DNA of 37,833 nt from Acidobacteriota bacterium (GTDB lineage: Bacteria; Acidobacteriota; Vicinamibacteria; Vicinamibacterales; 2-12-FULL-66-21): NCBI GenBank assembly GCA_031404215.1, contig JANNHC010000205.1, positions 1-37,833 on the forward strand, in the 5' to 3' direction. Every line of letters begins with the position of its first letter. Position 1 is the first letter of the stretch. Of this stretch, positions 27,041 through 36,435 are shown one piece after another. The position numbers and the translations under genes were made by a program. A model generated the notes under the pieces. That model saw only the letters and a program-made list of their open reading frames with translations, did no database searches and was not told the DNA's origin.

Positions 27041-27042
27041 AC

Positions 27043-28272
27043 ATGCCACAGGTCGTCGTGATGCTCACGACGTCGTATCCGCGGTTCCCGGGGGACAGTG
27101 TCGGGACCTTCATGGAGCCGATCGCCCGATCGGTGGCCGCCCGCGGACACGAGGTCCATGTCGTCGCGCCGTGGCACCCGCTGGTGGCGCGCGCGCCTGA
27201 GGAGGACGGAGTCCGATTCCACTTCTACCGCTATGCCCCGTGGCGATCGCTGAACGTGTTCGGCTACGCGGCCGCCATGCGGGCCGACGTGAGCCTGCGC
27301 GCCGCCGCGTACGTGGCCGCCCCGCTCGCGCTCGTGTCGGGATGGCGCGCGGCGCGACGGGTCGCGAGGCGGCATCGCGCGACGATCATGCACGGCCACT
27401 GGGTGATCCCCGGCGGCGTAACCGCCGCCCTTGCGGCGCCCGACCTGCCGCTGGTCGTCAGCCTTCACGGCTCGGATGTGTATGTCGCCGAAACTTTCGC
27501 GCCGGCGCGGCTGGCGGCGAAACGCACGTTCCGTCACGCCGCTTTCGTGACGGCCTGCAGTGACGATCTCGCGACGCGTGCGATCGCGCTCGGCGCGGAT
27601 CCCGCGCGGATCGAGACGGTGCCGTATGGCGTCGACGTCGCGCGTTTTCGGCCGGACGCGGCGGGCCGATCGGCGCGGCGGCGCGAACTTGGCGTGGGGG
27701 ATCGCGTGCCGCTCTGCGTGGCCGCCGGGCGGCTCGTGCGCAAAAAAGGGTTCGAGTACCTCATCGACGCGGTGGCCGGCGTGCCGGGCCTCGTGCTCGC
27801 CCTGGCCGGCGACGGCACGCTGGCGGAGGAACTGCACGCGCGCGCACGGACCGCCGGCGTGGCAGAGCGGGTCCGCTTTCTCGGCAATCAGCCGCAGGAC
27901 CGCGTGGGTGACTACTTCGCGGCCGCCGACATGATCTGCGTGCCGTCGGTTCGGGACGACAGCGGCAACGTGGACGGGCTTCCGAACGTCGTGCTCGAAG
28001 CCCTCGCCTCGGCGACGCCGCTGATCACGACCGCGGCGGGCGGTATCGGCGCCGTCGTGGCCGACGGGCGCACCGCGATGATCGTGCCCGAGCGCGACGC
28101 CGCGGCCATTGCGGCGGCCATGGGACGGCTGATCGCCAACCCGGGGACGGCGCGGCAGCTCGGGGACGCCGCGCGGGCGCTCGTGCAGGAGCGATTCGGG
28201 TGGGAACGGGCGGCCGAGCGGTTCGAGGCAGCGTATCTCCGCGCGCTTGCCTTCAAATCCCTGCCCAGCTAA
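27043..28272 (+). CDS. Glycosyltransferase family 4
   Basis: LTTSYPRFPGD, HGHWVIP, SLHGSDV, GRLVRKKG and DGLPNVVLEA motifs. Start taken at ATG 27043. Confidence 0.9.
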   Translation: MPQVVVMLTTSYPRFPGDSVGTFMEPIARSVAARGHEVHVVAPWHPLVARAPEEDGVRFHFYRYAPWRSLNVFGYAAAMRADVSLRAAAYVAAPLALVSGWRAARRVARRHRATIMHGHWVIPGGVTAALAAPDLPLVVSLHGSDVYVAETFAPARLAAKRTFRHAAFVTACSDDLATRAIALGADPARIETVPYGVDVARFRPDAAGRSARRRELGVGDRVPLCVAAGRLVRKKGFEYLIDAVAGVPGLVLALAGDGTLAEELHARARTAGVAERVRFLGNQPQDRVGDYFAAADMICVPSVRDDSGNVDGLPNVVLEALASATPLITTAAGGIGAVVADGRTAMIVPERDAAAIAAAMGRLIANPGTARQLGDAARALVQERFGWERAAERFEAAYLRALAFKSLPS

Positions 28273-28289
28273 GATTTACGGCTCTACCG

Positions 28290-29078
28290 ATGCCGCAGCC
28301 AGCCAGCAGGAAGCCGGGGCTCAGTGTGTTCTTTCCCGCGTACAACGACAGCGGGACGATCGCGAGCCTCGTCATCACCGCGCTCCAGACCGCGCGCCGC
28401 CTGACGCCCGACTTTGAAGTCATCGTCGTCAACGACGGGAGTGCGGATGCGACCGCCCGGATCGTGGACGAGCTCGCGCGTACGTACCCCGAAGTCAGGG
28501 TCGTGCATCATCCCCGCAATCGGGGCTACGGCGGAGCGCTCCGCAGCGGCTTCGAAGCGGCCACGCGCGAGCTGGTGTTCTACACCGACGGCGATGCCCA
28601 GTACGATCCGGCGGAGATGACGCGTCTGTGGGAGGCGTTCGACGAGCACGTCGATCTCGTGAACGGCTACAAGATCAGCCGCTCGGATCCGTTGCACCGG
28701 ATCGTGATCGGCCGCATCTACCATCACACGGTGAAGTGGCTCTTCGGGCTGAAGGTGCGCGACGTCGATTGCGACTTCCGCCTGCTTCGGCGATCCATCT
28801 TCGAACGGGTGTCACTCGAGAAGAACAGCGGCGTCATCTGTCTCGAGATGATGAAGAAGATTCAGGACGCCGGCTTCCGCATCGCGGAGGTGCCGGTCCA
28901 CCATTACCATCGCGCGCACGGGAAATCGCAATTTTTCAATTTCGGCCGCCTGCTCAAAACGGCCGTCGACGTCGGGAGATTGTGGGTGGCCCTCGTCGTC
29001 CGCCAGGAGCATCGCCGGCGCGCACCGGGAACGGGCGCCGCCGAGCCGCTGCCGCCCCGGCCTGAGGATCGCGCGTGA
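28290..29078 (+). CDS. GT2 glycosyltransferase, polyprenol-phosphate (DPM/ArnC-like) type
   Basis: VFFPAYND, VNDGSADAT, NRGYGGAL, YTDGDAQY, DVDCDFRL and EVPVHH..R..G.S. Start taken at ATG 28290. Confidence 0.9.
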   Translation: MPQPASRKPGLSVFFPAYNDSGTIASLVITALQTARRLTPDFEVIVVNDGSADATARIVDELARTYPEVRVVHHPRNRGYGGALRSGFEAATRELVFYTDGDAQYDPAEMTRLWEAFDEHVDLVNGYKISRSDPLHRIVIGRIYHHTVKWLFGLKVRDVDCDFRLLRRSIFERVSLEKNSGVICLEMMKKIQDAGFRIAEVPVHHYHRAHGKSQFFNFGRLLKTAVDVGRLWVALVVRQEHRRRAPGTGAAEPLPPRPEDRA

Positions 29079-30106
29079 CGCCGCCGTACCGCGAGTTCTA
29101 CAAGGGACGTCGGGTCATGATCACGGGCGGCTTGGGATTCATCGGCAGCAACCTCGCCCGCCAGCTCGTCGAACTCGGCGCCGACGTCCTTATCGTCGAT
29201 TCCCTGCAGCCCGACTACGGCGGCAACCTCTTCAACGTCGACGACATTGCGGATCGCGTGCGTGTCAACATCGCGGACGTGCGCATGCAAAGCACGATCG
29301 GCGTGCTGGTGCAGGGGCAGGACGTGTTGTTCAACCTCGCGGGCCAGGTGAGCCACATCGACAGCATGCGCGACCCTTATACCGATCTCGAGATCAACTG
29401 CCGGGCGCAACTCTCGATTCTCGAAGCCTGCCGCACGAACAATCCCGGCGTCCGCGTGGTCTATGCGGGCACGCGGCAGGTGTATGGGCGGCCCGACTAC
29501 CTGCCGGTGGACGAGCGCCACCTCGTGCGTCCCGCGGACATCAACGGCGTCAACAAGGCGGCCGGCGAGTACTACCACCTCCTCTACAACAACGTCTTCG
29601 ACGTGCGCGCCTGCTCGCTGCGTCTCACGAATGTCTACGGGCCGCGGCAGCTGATCCGGCACAACCGCCAGGGCTTCATCGGCTGGTTCATCCGGCTCGT
29701 CATCGAAGACGGGGAAATCCAGGTCTTCGGAGATGGCTCGCAGATGCGCGACTTCGTCTACGTGGACGACGCCGCCGACGCGTTTTTGCGCGCGGGCGCG
29801 TCCGGCGCCTGCGACGGGGACGTGTTCAACGTCGGCGGGAACGAGCCCATCAGCCATCGCGATCTCGTCACGCTGCTGATCGAGGCGGCGGGATCCGGCC
29901 GCGTCCGGTACGTGGACTGGCCCGCGGAGAAAAAACGGATCGACATCGGAAGCTTCTATTCGGACTCGACGCGATTCCGGGAACGCGTCGGCTGGACGCC
30001 GCAAGTCGATCTTCGCGAAGGGTTGCGCCGCACCATTGCGTTCTACCGGGACCACCTGCCGCGGTACGTCGATGCGGCGGACGGCCGCGCCCAGGAGCGC
30101 GGGTGA
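29075..30106 (+). CDS. NAD-dependent nucleotide-sugar epimerase/dehydratase-family (extended SDR) protein with an atypical active site
   Basis: TGGLGFIGS, NLAG, R..NVYGP and GDG.Q.RDFVYVDD. NGVNK sits at the usual YxxxK position. Confidence 0.9.
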   Translation: MTPPYREFYKGRRVMITGGLGFIGSNLARQLVELGADVLIVDSLQPDYGGNLFNVDDIADRVRVNIADVRMQSTIGVLVQGQDVLFNLAGQVSHIDSMRDPYTDLEINCRAQLSILEACRTNNPGVRVVYAGTRQVYGRPDYLPVDERHLVRPADINGVNKAAGEYYHLLYNNVFDVRACSLRLTNVYGPRQLIRHNRQGFIGWFIRLVIEDGEIQVFGDGSQMRDFVYVDDAADAFLRAGASGACDGDVFNVGGNEPISHRDLVTLLIEAAGSGRVRYVDWPAEKKRIDIGSFYSDSTRFRERVGWTPQVDLREGLRRTIAFYRDHLPRYVDAADGRAQERG

Positions 30107-31182
30107 TTCAATTCCTGCAGCTCACGCCCGGTGAAGATGGCGCGGCGGTACGCGAAGCGGTCGAACGGGTCATCGCGCGCGGGTGGTTCGTGCTCGGCCC
30201 GGAGCTCGAAGGGTTCGAGCGGGAATTCGCCGGCGCGTGCGGCGCGACGGAAGCCATCGGCGTGGGCACCGGTACGGACGCCCTCGCCATCGCGCTGCGC
30301 GCGCTCGGGATCGGACCCGGTGACGAGGTCATCACAACGCCGCTGTCGGCGGCCTATTCCGCGCTGGCCGTCATGATGGCGGGCGCGCGACCGGTGTTTG
30401 CCGACATCGACCCCGACCGGCTGACGCTCGATCCACGGGCTGCCGCCGCGGCCGTGACGCCCCGGACGGCTGCGATCCTGCCGGTGCATCTGTACGGGCA
30501 GCCGGCCGACATGCCGGCTATCGCGGCGGTCGCCGCGCGGCACAATCTCGCGATCGTCGAAGACTGCTGCCAGGCGCATCTCGCAACGTGCGAGGGCAAA
30601 CCGGTCGGCAGCTTCGGCGCGGCCGCCGCCTACAGCTTCTATCCGACCAAGAACCTCGGTGCGATCGGCGACGGCGGAGCGATCACGACCGGCGATCCGC
30701 GAATTGCCGCGCATGCCCGGCGCCTTCGCAACGGCGGACAGACGGATCGATACCATCACGCCGAATTCGGCGTGAATTCCCGGCTCGACGAAATCCAGGC
30801 CGCGGTGCTCCGCGCGCGCCTGGCCTTTTTACCGGACTGGACAGCCCGCCGCCGGGCGCTCGCGCGGGAGTATCGCGCGAGACTCCAGGCCTCCGTTGCG
30901 ATCACGATTCCACCCGCCTTCGACGACGGGCATGTCTATCACCTGTTTCCGGTGCGGAGCACCGCCCGCGACAGCGTGCAGGCGGCCCTTCGCGCGGCTG
31001 GAATCGAAACGCTCATCCATTACCCGGTCCCCATACCCAGACAACCTGCCCTGGCTCCGGAGCAGCCCGCCGACTGTCCGATCGCGACCCGTGTCTGCGA
31101 CGAAATCCTGTCGCTGCCGCTCTACCCCACGCTTCCTCCGGGTGCGGTCGACCGCGTCGCCGCCGCGCTCGCGTTGACATAG
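30103..31182 (+). CDS. DegT/DnrJ/EryC1/StrS family PLP-dependent sugar aminotransferase
   Basis: GTDAL.IAL, PVHLYGQ, EDCCQAH, SFYPTKNLG..GDGG (PLP lysine), NSRLDEIQAA and LSLPLYP. Confidence 0.95.
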   Translation: MIQFLQLTPGEDGAAVREAVERVIARGWFVLGPELEGFEREFAGACGATEAIGVGTGTDALAIALRALGIGPGDEVITTPLSAAYSALAVMMAGARPVFADIDPDRLTLDPRAAAAAVTPRTAAILPVHLYGQPADMPAIAAVAARHNLAIVEDCCQAHLATCEGKPVGSFGAAAAYSFYPTKNLGAIGDGGAITTGDPRIAAHARRLRNGGQTDRYHHAEFGVNSRLDEIQAAVLRARLAFLPDWTARRRALAREYRARLQASVAITIPPAFDDGHVYHLFPVRSTARDSVQAALRAAGIETLIHYPVPIPRQPALAPEQPADCPIATRVCDEILSLPLYPTLPPGAVDRVAAALALT

Positions 31183-31184
31183 CC

Positions 31185-32327
31185 GTGGCCTTCGAACGAG
31201 GACGCGCCAGGGCGCGCCGTGTGGCCGTGTTCGCGCTGATCGTGGCTATACAGTTTGGGCTCTTCGAGGGGGGGCTGCGCCGGTGGGGCAGCTCTGAGGC
31301 CGCCCCTGCCTTCCAGGGGCTCTTTGCGAACGACCCGGTCATCGGCTACCGCCTCAAACCTGGGGCACGTGTCCGGTTTGCCACGGCGGAGTTCGACACC
31401 GACATTGCGATCAACGCAACCGGCGTCCGCGATGACGAGGAGGTCGGTCCCAAGCCGGCGAACGAACGGCGCATTCTCATTCTCGGAGATTCGCTCGTTC
31501 TTTCGGTGCAGGTTCCGTTCAGGCAGACCTTCGGCGAACTCCTCGAGCAACGGCTGAACGCGTCGTCGGCGTCCATTCGCTACCGCGTCATCAACGGCGG
31601 GGTCCAGGGGTACGGTCCGGTGCAGGAGTTGCTGTTTTTTCGATCAATCCTGCCGGCGGTCCGGCCCGACGTCGTGGTCGCGGTGCTCTTTGTGGGCAAC
31701 GACGCCGAAGACGCGGTGACCTCCGAAGCGCTGCTCGATGGAGCGGAGCGACCGGCGCCGGAGGTGCTGCGCGAGGCGGCGGCCGTGAGGCTGAGGCGGT
31801 TCGTCCGTCGAAGCATGGTGCTGCAGGTGCTGCGCCTGCGCGCGGTCGCGGCGACGGCTCGGTTCACGCGGGCGGTCGGTCCGCCCGAGCCGCCGCTCCA
31901 GAGCTACGCGGCGAGCCCGGCGTCGCGAATCGCGCGGGGGTTGGCGATCACGCGACGCACGGTCGAGGAGATGGAAGCCGCCGCGACCGCCGCGGGGGCG
32001 CGCACGGCCGTCGTGCTGATGCCCGCGCGGTTCCAGGTGGACGATGCGGATTACGGCCGATTGCGCGAAGCCGTCGCACAGTCAGGTGGCGAGCTGCTGC
32101 GCGACGGCGCAACCGCGCGGTTCGCGAGCGCGCTCGAGAGCGTCCCGGTGCCGCGTTTCGACGCACTGCCGAGCCTGCGGCGTGCGTTGCCCGGCCCCGA
32201 CCTCTTCTTCCAGCAGACAGTTCACTTGACGCCGCGCGGCCACGAGGTGGTCGCCGAGGCGCTCGCACGCTTCCTCCGCGACTCCGGTCTCCTGGGCGAG
32301 CAGCCGGCGCCGCCTGCGGGACGCTGA
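31185..32327 (+). CDS. Membrane-anchored SGNH/GDSL family protein (AlgJ/PatB-like O-acyltransferase partner)
   Basis: N-terminal TM segment, GDSL (ILGDSLV), NGGVQGYG, FVGND and C-terminal TVHLTPRGH. Probable GTG start at 31185; directly upstream of the MBOAT gene. Confidence 0.8.
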   Translation: MAFERGRARARRVAVFALIVAIQFGLFEGGLRRWGSSEAAPAFQGLFANDPVIGYRLKPGARVRFATAEFDTDIAINATGVRDDEEVGPKPANERRILILGDSLVLSVQVPFRQTFGELLEQRLNASSASIRYRVINGGVQGYGPVQELLFFRSILPAVRPDVVVAVLFVGNDAEDAVTSEALLDGAERPAPEVLREAAAVRLRRFVRRSMVLQVLRLRAVAATARFTRAVGPPEPPLQSYAASPASRIARGLAITRRTVEEMEAAATAAGARTAVVLMPARFQVDDADYGRLREAVAQSGGELLRDGATARFASALESVPVPRFDALPSLRRALPGPDLFFQQTVHLTPRGHEVVAEALARFLRDSGLLGEQPAPPAGR

Positions 32328-32335
32328 TCGAGACG

Positions 32336-33757
32336 ATGGTCTTCAACTCGCTTCAGTTCGTCTGGTTTTTCCTCGTCGTGTACGCCCTGTATCGGGTCCT
32401 GCCGCACCGGGCGCAGAACTGGCTGCTGCTGGTCGCCAGTTACTACTTCTACGCCGCGTGGGACTGGCGCTTTCTCGGCCTCCTGATCGCCTCGACGGCC
32501 GTGGATTACACGTGTGCGCGAGCGATCGCCGCGGCGCGCGCGCCCTCCAGGCGCCGCGCGCTGCTCTGCCTCAGTCTGGGGTTCAACCTCACACTGCTCG
32601 GCTTCTTCAAGTACTTCAACTTCTTCGCCGACAACCTCCACGCGGTATTCGGCGCGCTCGGCTGGGAGCTCGATGACGTCACTGTGCGCGTCCTGTTGCC
32701 GGTCGGCATCTCGTTCTACACGTTCGTGACGATGAGTTATGTGATCGACGTGTACCGGCGCGAGATCGCGCCCACGCACGACCTGCTCGAGTTCGCGGTG
32801 TTCGTGGCGTACTTTCCACACCTGGTCGCCGGACCCATCCTGCGGGCGTCGAAACTCCTTCCGCAAATCTCGGAGCGGCGGCACGTGTCACGCGAGCAGG
32901 TGCGCGACGGACTGTGGCTCGTCGCGTGGGGGTTCTTCCAGAAAATCTTCGTCGCGGACAACCTCGCCAGCCTCGCCAACATGGTGTTCGACCCGGCGGC
33001 GCATCACACCGGCGTGAACGTGCTCCTCGGAACGTATGCCTTCGCCTTTCAGATCTACGGCGATTTCGCGGGCTATTCGAATGTGGCTCGAGGGACGTCA
33101 AAACTGATGGGCATCGAGCTCGTCGAAAACTTCCGCTTTCCATATTTTGTACGGACACCACAGGAGTTCTGGCGCCACTGGCACATCAGCCTCTCGACGT
33201 GGCTCCGTGACTATCTCTACATTCCGCTCGGCGGCAGCCGCGGATCACCGGCGAGGATCCATGGCAACCTGCTCATCACGATGGTCCTTGGAGGCCTGTG
33301 GCACGGCGCCGCGTGGACGTTCGTGCTATGGGGTGCGTACCACGGCCTGCTCCTGATTGGGTTCCGCGCCGCGGATCGCATACGCACGATCCATGCATGG
33401 GTCACCGGTCCGGGTGCGCTGGCGCGTGTCACGTCGTGGCTCGTCATGTTTCACCTGACGTGCGTCGGATGGCTGATCTTCCGGGCGCGCTCGGTCACAC
33501 AGATCGCCGAGATGGCGCGCAGCCTGGTCGTGTCTTTTTCCCCGGCCTCCGTCAACGTGGACGGGCTGCTCGTACCGCTGGTGATGTACGTCACCCCGCT
33601 TCTGCTGGTGCACGCCTGCGAGGCGGTCTACGACAACGTTCTCGTGGTTCCCCGGCTTCCGGTGGGCGTGCGATACTCCGTCTACGCCGCGACGTTTTAT
33701 CTGACGATGCTGTTTGGAAATTTCGGCGGCGCCGAATTCATTTACTTCCAGTTCTAG
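32336..33757 (+). CDS. MBOAT family O-acyltransferase (AlgI/PatA/DltB-like)
   Basis: LPVGISFYTF, FPHLVAGPI, QIYGDFAGYS, FWRHWHISLSTWLRDYLYIPLGG, LWHGA (catalytic His) and C-terminal FIYFQF. Confidence 0.95.
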   Translation: MVFNSLQFVWFFLVVYALYRVLPHRAQNWLLLVASYYFYAAWDWRFLGLLIASTAVDYTCARAIAAARAPSRRRALLCLSLGFNLTLLGFFKYFNFFADNLHAVFGALGWELDDVTVRVLLPVGISFYTFVTMSYVIDVYRREIAPTHDLLEFAVFVAYFPHLVAGPILRASKLLPQISERRHVSREQVRDGLWLVAWGFFQKIFVADNLASLANMVFDPAAHHTGVNVLLGTYAFAFQIYGDFAGYSNVARGTSKLMGIELVENFRFPYFVRTPQEFWRHWHISLSTWLRDYLYIPLGGSRGSPARIHGNLLITMVLGGLWHGAAWTFVLWGAYHGLLLIGFRAADRIRTIHAWVTGPGALARVTSWLVMFHLTCVGWLIFRARSVTQIAEMARSLVVSFSPASVNVDGLLVPLVMYVTPLLLVHACEAVYDNVLVVPRLPVGVRYSVYAATFYLTMLFGNFGGAEFIYFQF

Positions 33758-33927
33758 AAGCCCGTGCTTCCTGAATCGGGGCTGGCCGCTCCGTCGTCGC
33801 GGCCGGCAAAACCGTGGTCGTAGTCGTTGCTGGTGGGTACCGATTCATCGGGAACATTCAGGTCATGAGTTAGCGGCGTGGACAGCGTCAACGAAGGAGT
33901 TCCCCTGCCTCTTCGCACACGCACGCG

Positions 33928-36423
33928 ATGACGACACTCCTGCAGCTCGCAGCGCTCGCGATCATCGCGTGGCTTCCTGGCGCGGCGGTGTTCAGGCTGC
34001 CGTGGCTCGACCGGGAGCGGCGCGCGGGGCTCGATGCTGAAGAGCGTGGGTTCTGGGCCGTCATCCTCAGCCTCGCGGTGTCGCTGTCTGTCGTTCTCGC
34101 GCTGGCCGCGGTGCACCGTTACACGTTCCGGCGCCTGATCGTGGCCGACATCATCGTCGCGGCGGTCTGCGCGGTGATGGCGCGCGGACGACTGCGCATG
34201 GGCGCCGGGGCTCGGCGAGTGACGGCGACGGCGGTGGTCCCGCTGCTGCTCGTCGTCTTTGGCGCGTCGCGATTTTTTCCTCCTTCGGAATACATCATTG
34301 GTGGAAAGGATCCCGGCACGTACATGAGCGAAGGGATCCAGATCGCGCAGCGCGGCGCCCTGGTCGTCCGCGACCCACTCGTCGCCGCCGTACCTCCGTT
34401 CGCGCGTGACCTGTTTTTTCCATCGCACGGACGACCTGACTACTACTCGCTGCGTTTCATGGGCTTCTTCATCGAGAACCCCGACACCGGCGCGGTGGTC
34501 GGTCAGTTTCCCCATCTGTTTCCCGCGTCGATCGCGATTGGGTACGGCGTCGATGGGCTGACCGGCGCGCGGCGAACGGTCGGCGTGTGGGCGATCCTGG
34601 GGCTGCTTGCCGTGTATTTTGCCGGTACGCGGTTCCTCGGACGCACGGTGGCGGCCGCCGCCGTATCGCTGCTCGCCCTGCACGTGATCACGGTGTGGTT
34701 TGCGAAGTATCCGAACGCCGAGGTCGTCATGCAGACGCTGTTGTTCGCGGCGCTGCTGGCGAACGCGCGCGCACACGTGGACGGCGATCGATTTTTCGCG
34801 CCAGTCACCGGGCTCCTGCTCGGTCTGCTGCTCTTCCTCCGGTTCGATGCCGTGCTGGGCCTTGCGGGCGTGGCAGCCGGACTGGTCTTTGGCGTGTTAA
34901 GCGGACAGCGTCCACGCGTGTCGTTCGTCGCCACGTTCGCCGTCGTTGCGGCCGTCGCGTCACTCTACCTGTTGGGCCCGATGCGAGCCTACGTGTTCCT
35001 GCCGATACTGTTTCTCAGCAACCTTCCGGCCTGGGAGTATCTGATCCTTGGCGTCGTCGGGCTCGCCGGGCTGGCCATTCTGTTCGTGCCGTCGCGCGTG
35101 CTGACGGTCCCGCCCAGGGTCCTCCAAGGGCTGCCGCTCGCGATCGCGGCCGCGGTCTGCCTGCTCGCTGTTTATGCCCTGGTGCTTCGACATCCGGGCG
35201 GGACACTGGCGGCGCACGACGCGAACGCGCTGCGCATGTTCACGAACCTGTATGTCACGCTGCCCGCGCTGATTGCGGCGCTGATCGGCCTCTCGCTCGT
35301 GTCACGCCGGGCGTTCTGGCGCGATCCCGCGCTTGTGGTGACGGTCGTCGTTTTCGCGTGTTTCCTGTTTTTCAAGATTCGGATTGTTCCGTCTCACTTC
35401 TGGATGGCGCGACGGTTCCTCCCGGTGATCCTTCCCGGTGCGCTGCTCTTCGCATCGGCGGCGGCGCTGGGCGGCCTGCGTCAGCCGCGCACGGTCTCAG
35501 GAGCGATTCGGACCGCGGTACGCGTGCTGTTCATCGCGCTGCTCGCGGTCCATTACGCGCGGGTCAGCCGCCCGGTCGTGGATCATGTCGAGTACGCCGG
35601 GCTCATCCCGAGGCTGGAGCGCCTCGCCGGGACCATCCGGGACGACGACCTGATGATCGCCGAGTCGCGCGATACCGGCAGCGACGTCCACGTGCTCGCG
35701 CTTCCGCTTGCGTATATTTACGCGCGCAACGTGCTCGTGCTGAACCCGGTCCGGCCAGACAAGGCCACGTTTGCCGCGTTCCTGGAGTGGGCACGCACGC
35801 GCTATCGGCGCGTGCTGTTCATCGGCGGTGGCGGGACCGACCTGCTGTCGCACCGGTACGGCGTCCGCCCAGTCGCGAGCGAACGTTTCCAGGTGCCGGA
35901 GTACGACGCGCCGCTCGACGCGTTGCCGCGATTCGTCCGGCAGAAGGAGTTCGACTATGGGGTCTACGAGTTCACCGCGCCACAGGCGGTGGATGGACTC
36001 TGGTTCGATCTCGACGTCGGTGTGGGAGACGACCTGCATGTCGTCAGGTTCCACGCGAAGGAGGCATCGGAGGGGCATACCTTTCGCTGGACCGGCGCCA
36101 CCTCGTACGTGGCCGTGACGGTGATCCATCCCTCGAGCCGCGAGGTGACGTTGTGGATGAACGACGGCGGCCGGCCCGCGGCCACCGCCGCGGCCGATGT
36201 GAACGCCTACCTGAATGGCCAGTTGATAGGCACGGCGCACGTCCGCGGAGGCTTCCTTCCGTACTCGTTCGTGATTCCTCCGGATCTCGCCAAGCGTGCG
36301 GCAGCGGCAGGCGATCCGGCCGAGCTGAAATTGGTGACGCCCACGTGGAACCCGCGCCGGGTGCTTGGTACGCCGGACGATCGCGACGTTGGCGTGATGG
36401 TCGATCGCGTGGCGGTAAGATAG
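33928..36423 (+). CDS. Large multi-TM protein, probable GT-C glycosyltransferase with C-terminal extracytoplasmic domains
   Basis: Many hydrophobic segments, D-P-G-x-Y in the first large loop, PNAE, LRFD and W.ARRFLPV.LP. The soluble tail has a beta-rich region (RWT...D.RDVGVMV). Confidence 0.65.
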   Translation: MTTLLQLAALAIIAWLPGAAVFRLPWLDRERRAGLDAEERGFWAVILSLAVSLSVVLALAAVHRYTFRRLIVADIIVAAVCAVMARGRLRMGAGARRVTATAVVPLLLVVFGASRFFPPSEYIIGGKDPGTYMSEGIQIAQRGALVVRDPLVAAVPPFARDLFFPSHGRPDYYSLRFMGFFIENPDTGAVVGQFPHLFPASIAIGYGVDGLTGARRTVGVWAILGLLAVYFAGTRFLGRTVAAAAVSLLALHVITVWFAKYPNAEVVMQTLLFAALLANARAHVDGDRFFAPVTGLLLGLLLFLRFDAVLGLAGVAAGLVFGVLSGQRPRVSFVATFAVVAAVASLYLLGPMRAYVFLPILFLSNLPAWEYLILGVVGLAGLAILFVPSRVLTVPPRVLQGLPLAIAAAVCLLAVYALVLRHPGGTLAAHDANALRMFTNLYVTLPALIAALIGLSLVSRRAFWRDPALVVTVVVFACFLFFKIRIVPSHFWMARRFLPVILPGALLFASAAALGGLRQPRTVSGAIRTAVRVLFIALLAVHYARVSRPVVDHVEYAGLIPRLERLAGTIRDDDLMIAESRDTGSDVHVLALPLAYIYARNVLVLNPVRPDKATFAAFLEWARTRYRRVLFIGGGGTDLLSHRYGVRPVASERFQVPEYDAPLDALPRFVRQKEFDYGVYEFTAPQAVDGLWFDLDVGVGDDLHVVRFHAKEASEGHTFRWTGATSYVAVTVIHPSSREVTLWMNDGGRPAATAAADVNAYLNGQLIGTAHVRGGFLPYSFVIPPDLAKRAAAAGDPAELKLVTPTWNPRRVLGTPDDRDVGVMVDRVAVR

Positions 36424-36435
36424 CTCGAGTCCCGA

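Noticed and set aside
30588-31184. N-terminal extension of the SGNH ORF
   Set aside because: It overlaps the DegT gene in another frame. The TM anchor begins only after GTG 31185.
33781-33850. c-di-GMP-I riboswitch or intrinsic terminator at GGCAAAACC
   Set aside because: The GNRA stem and GGGACGCAAAGC continuation are absent, and the hairpin has no downstream U-tract on either strand.
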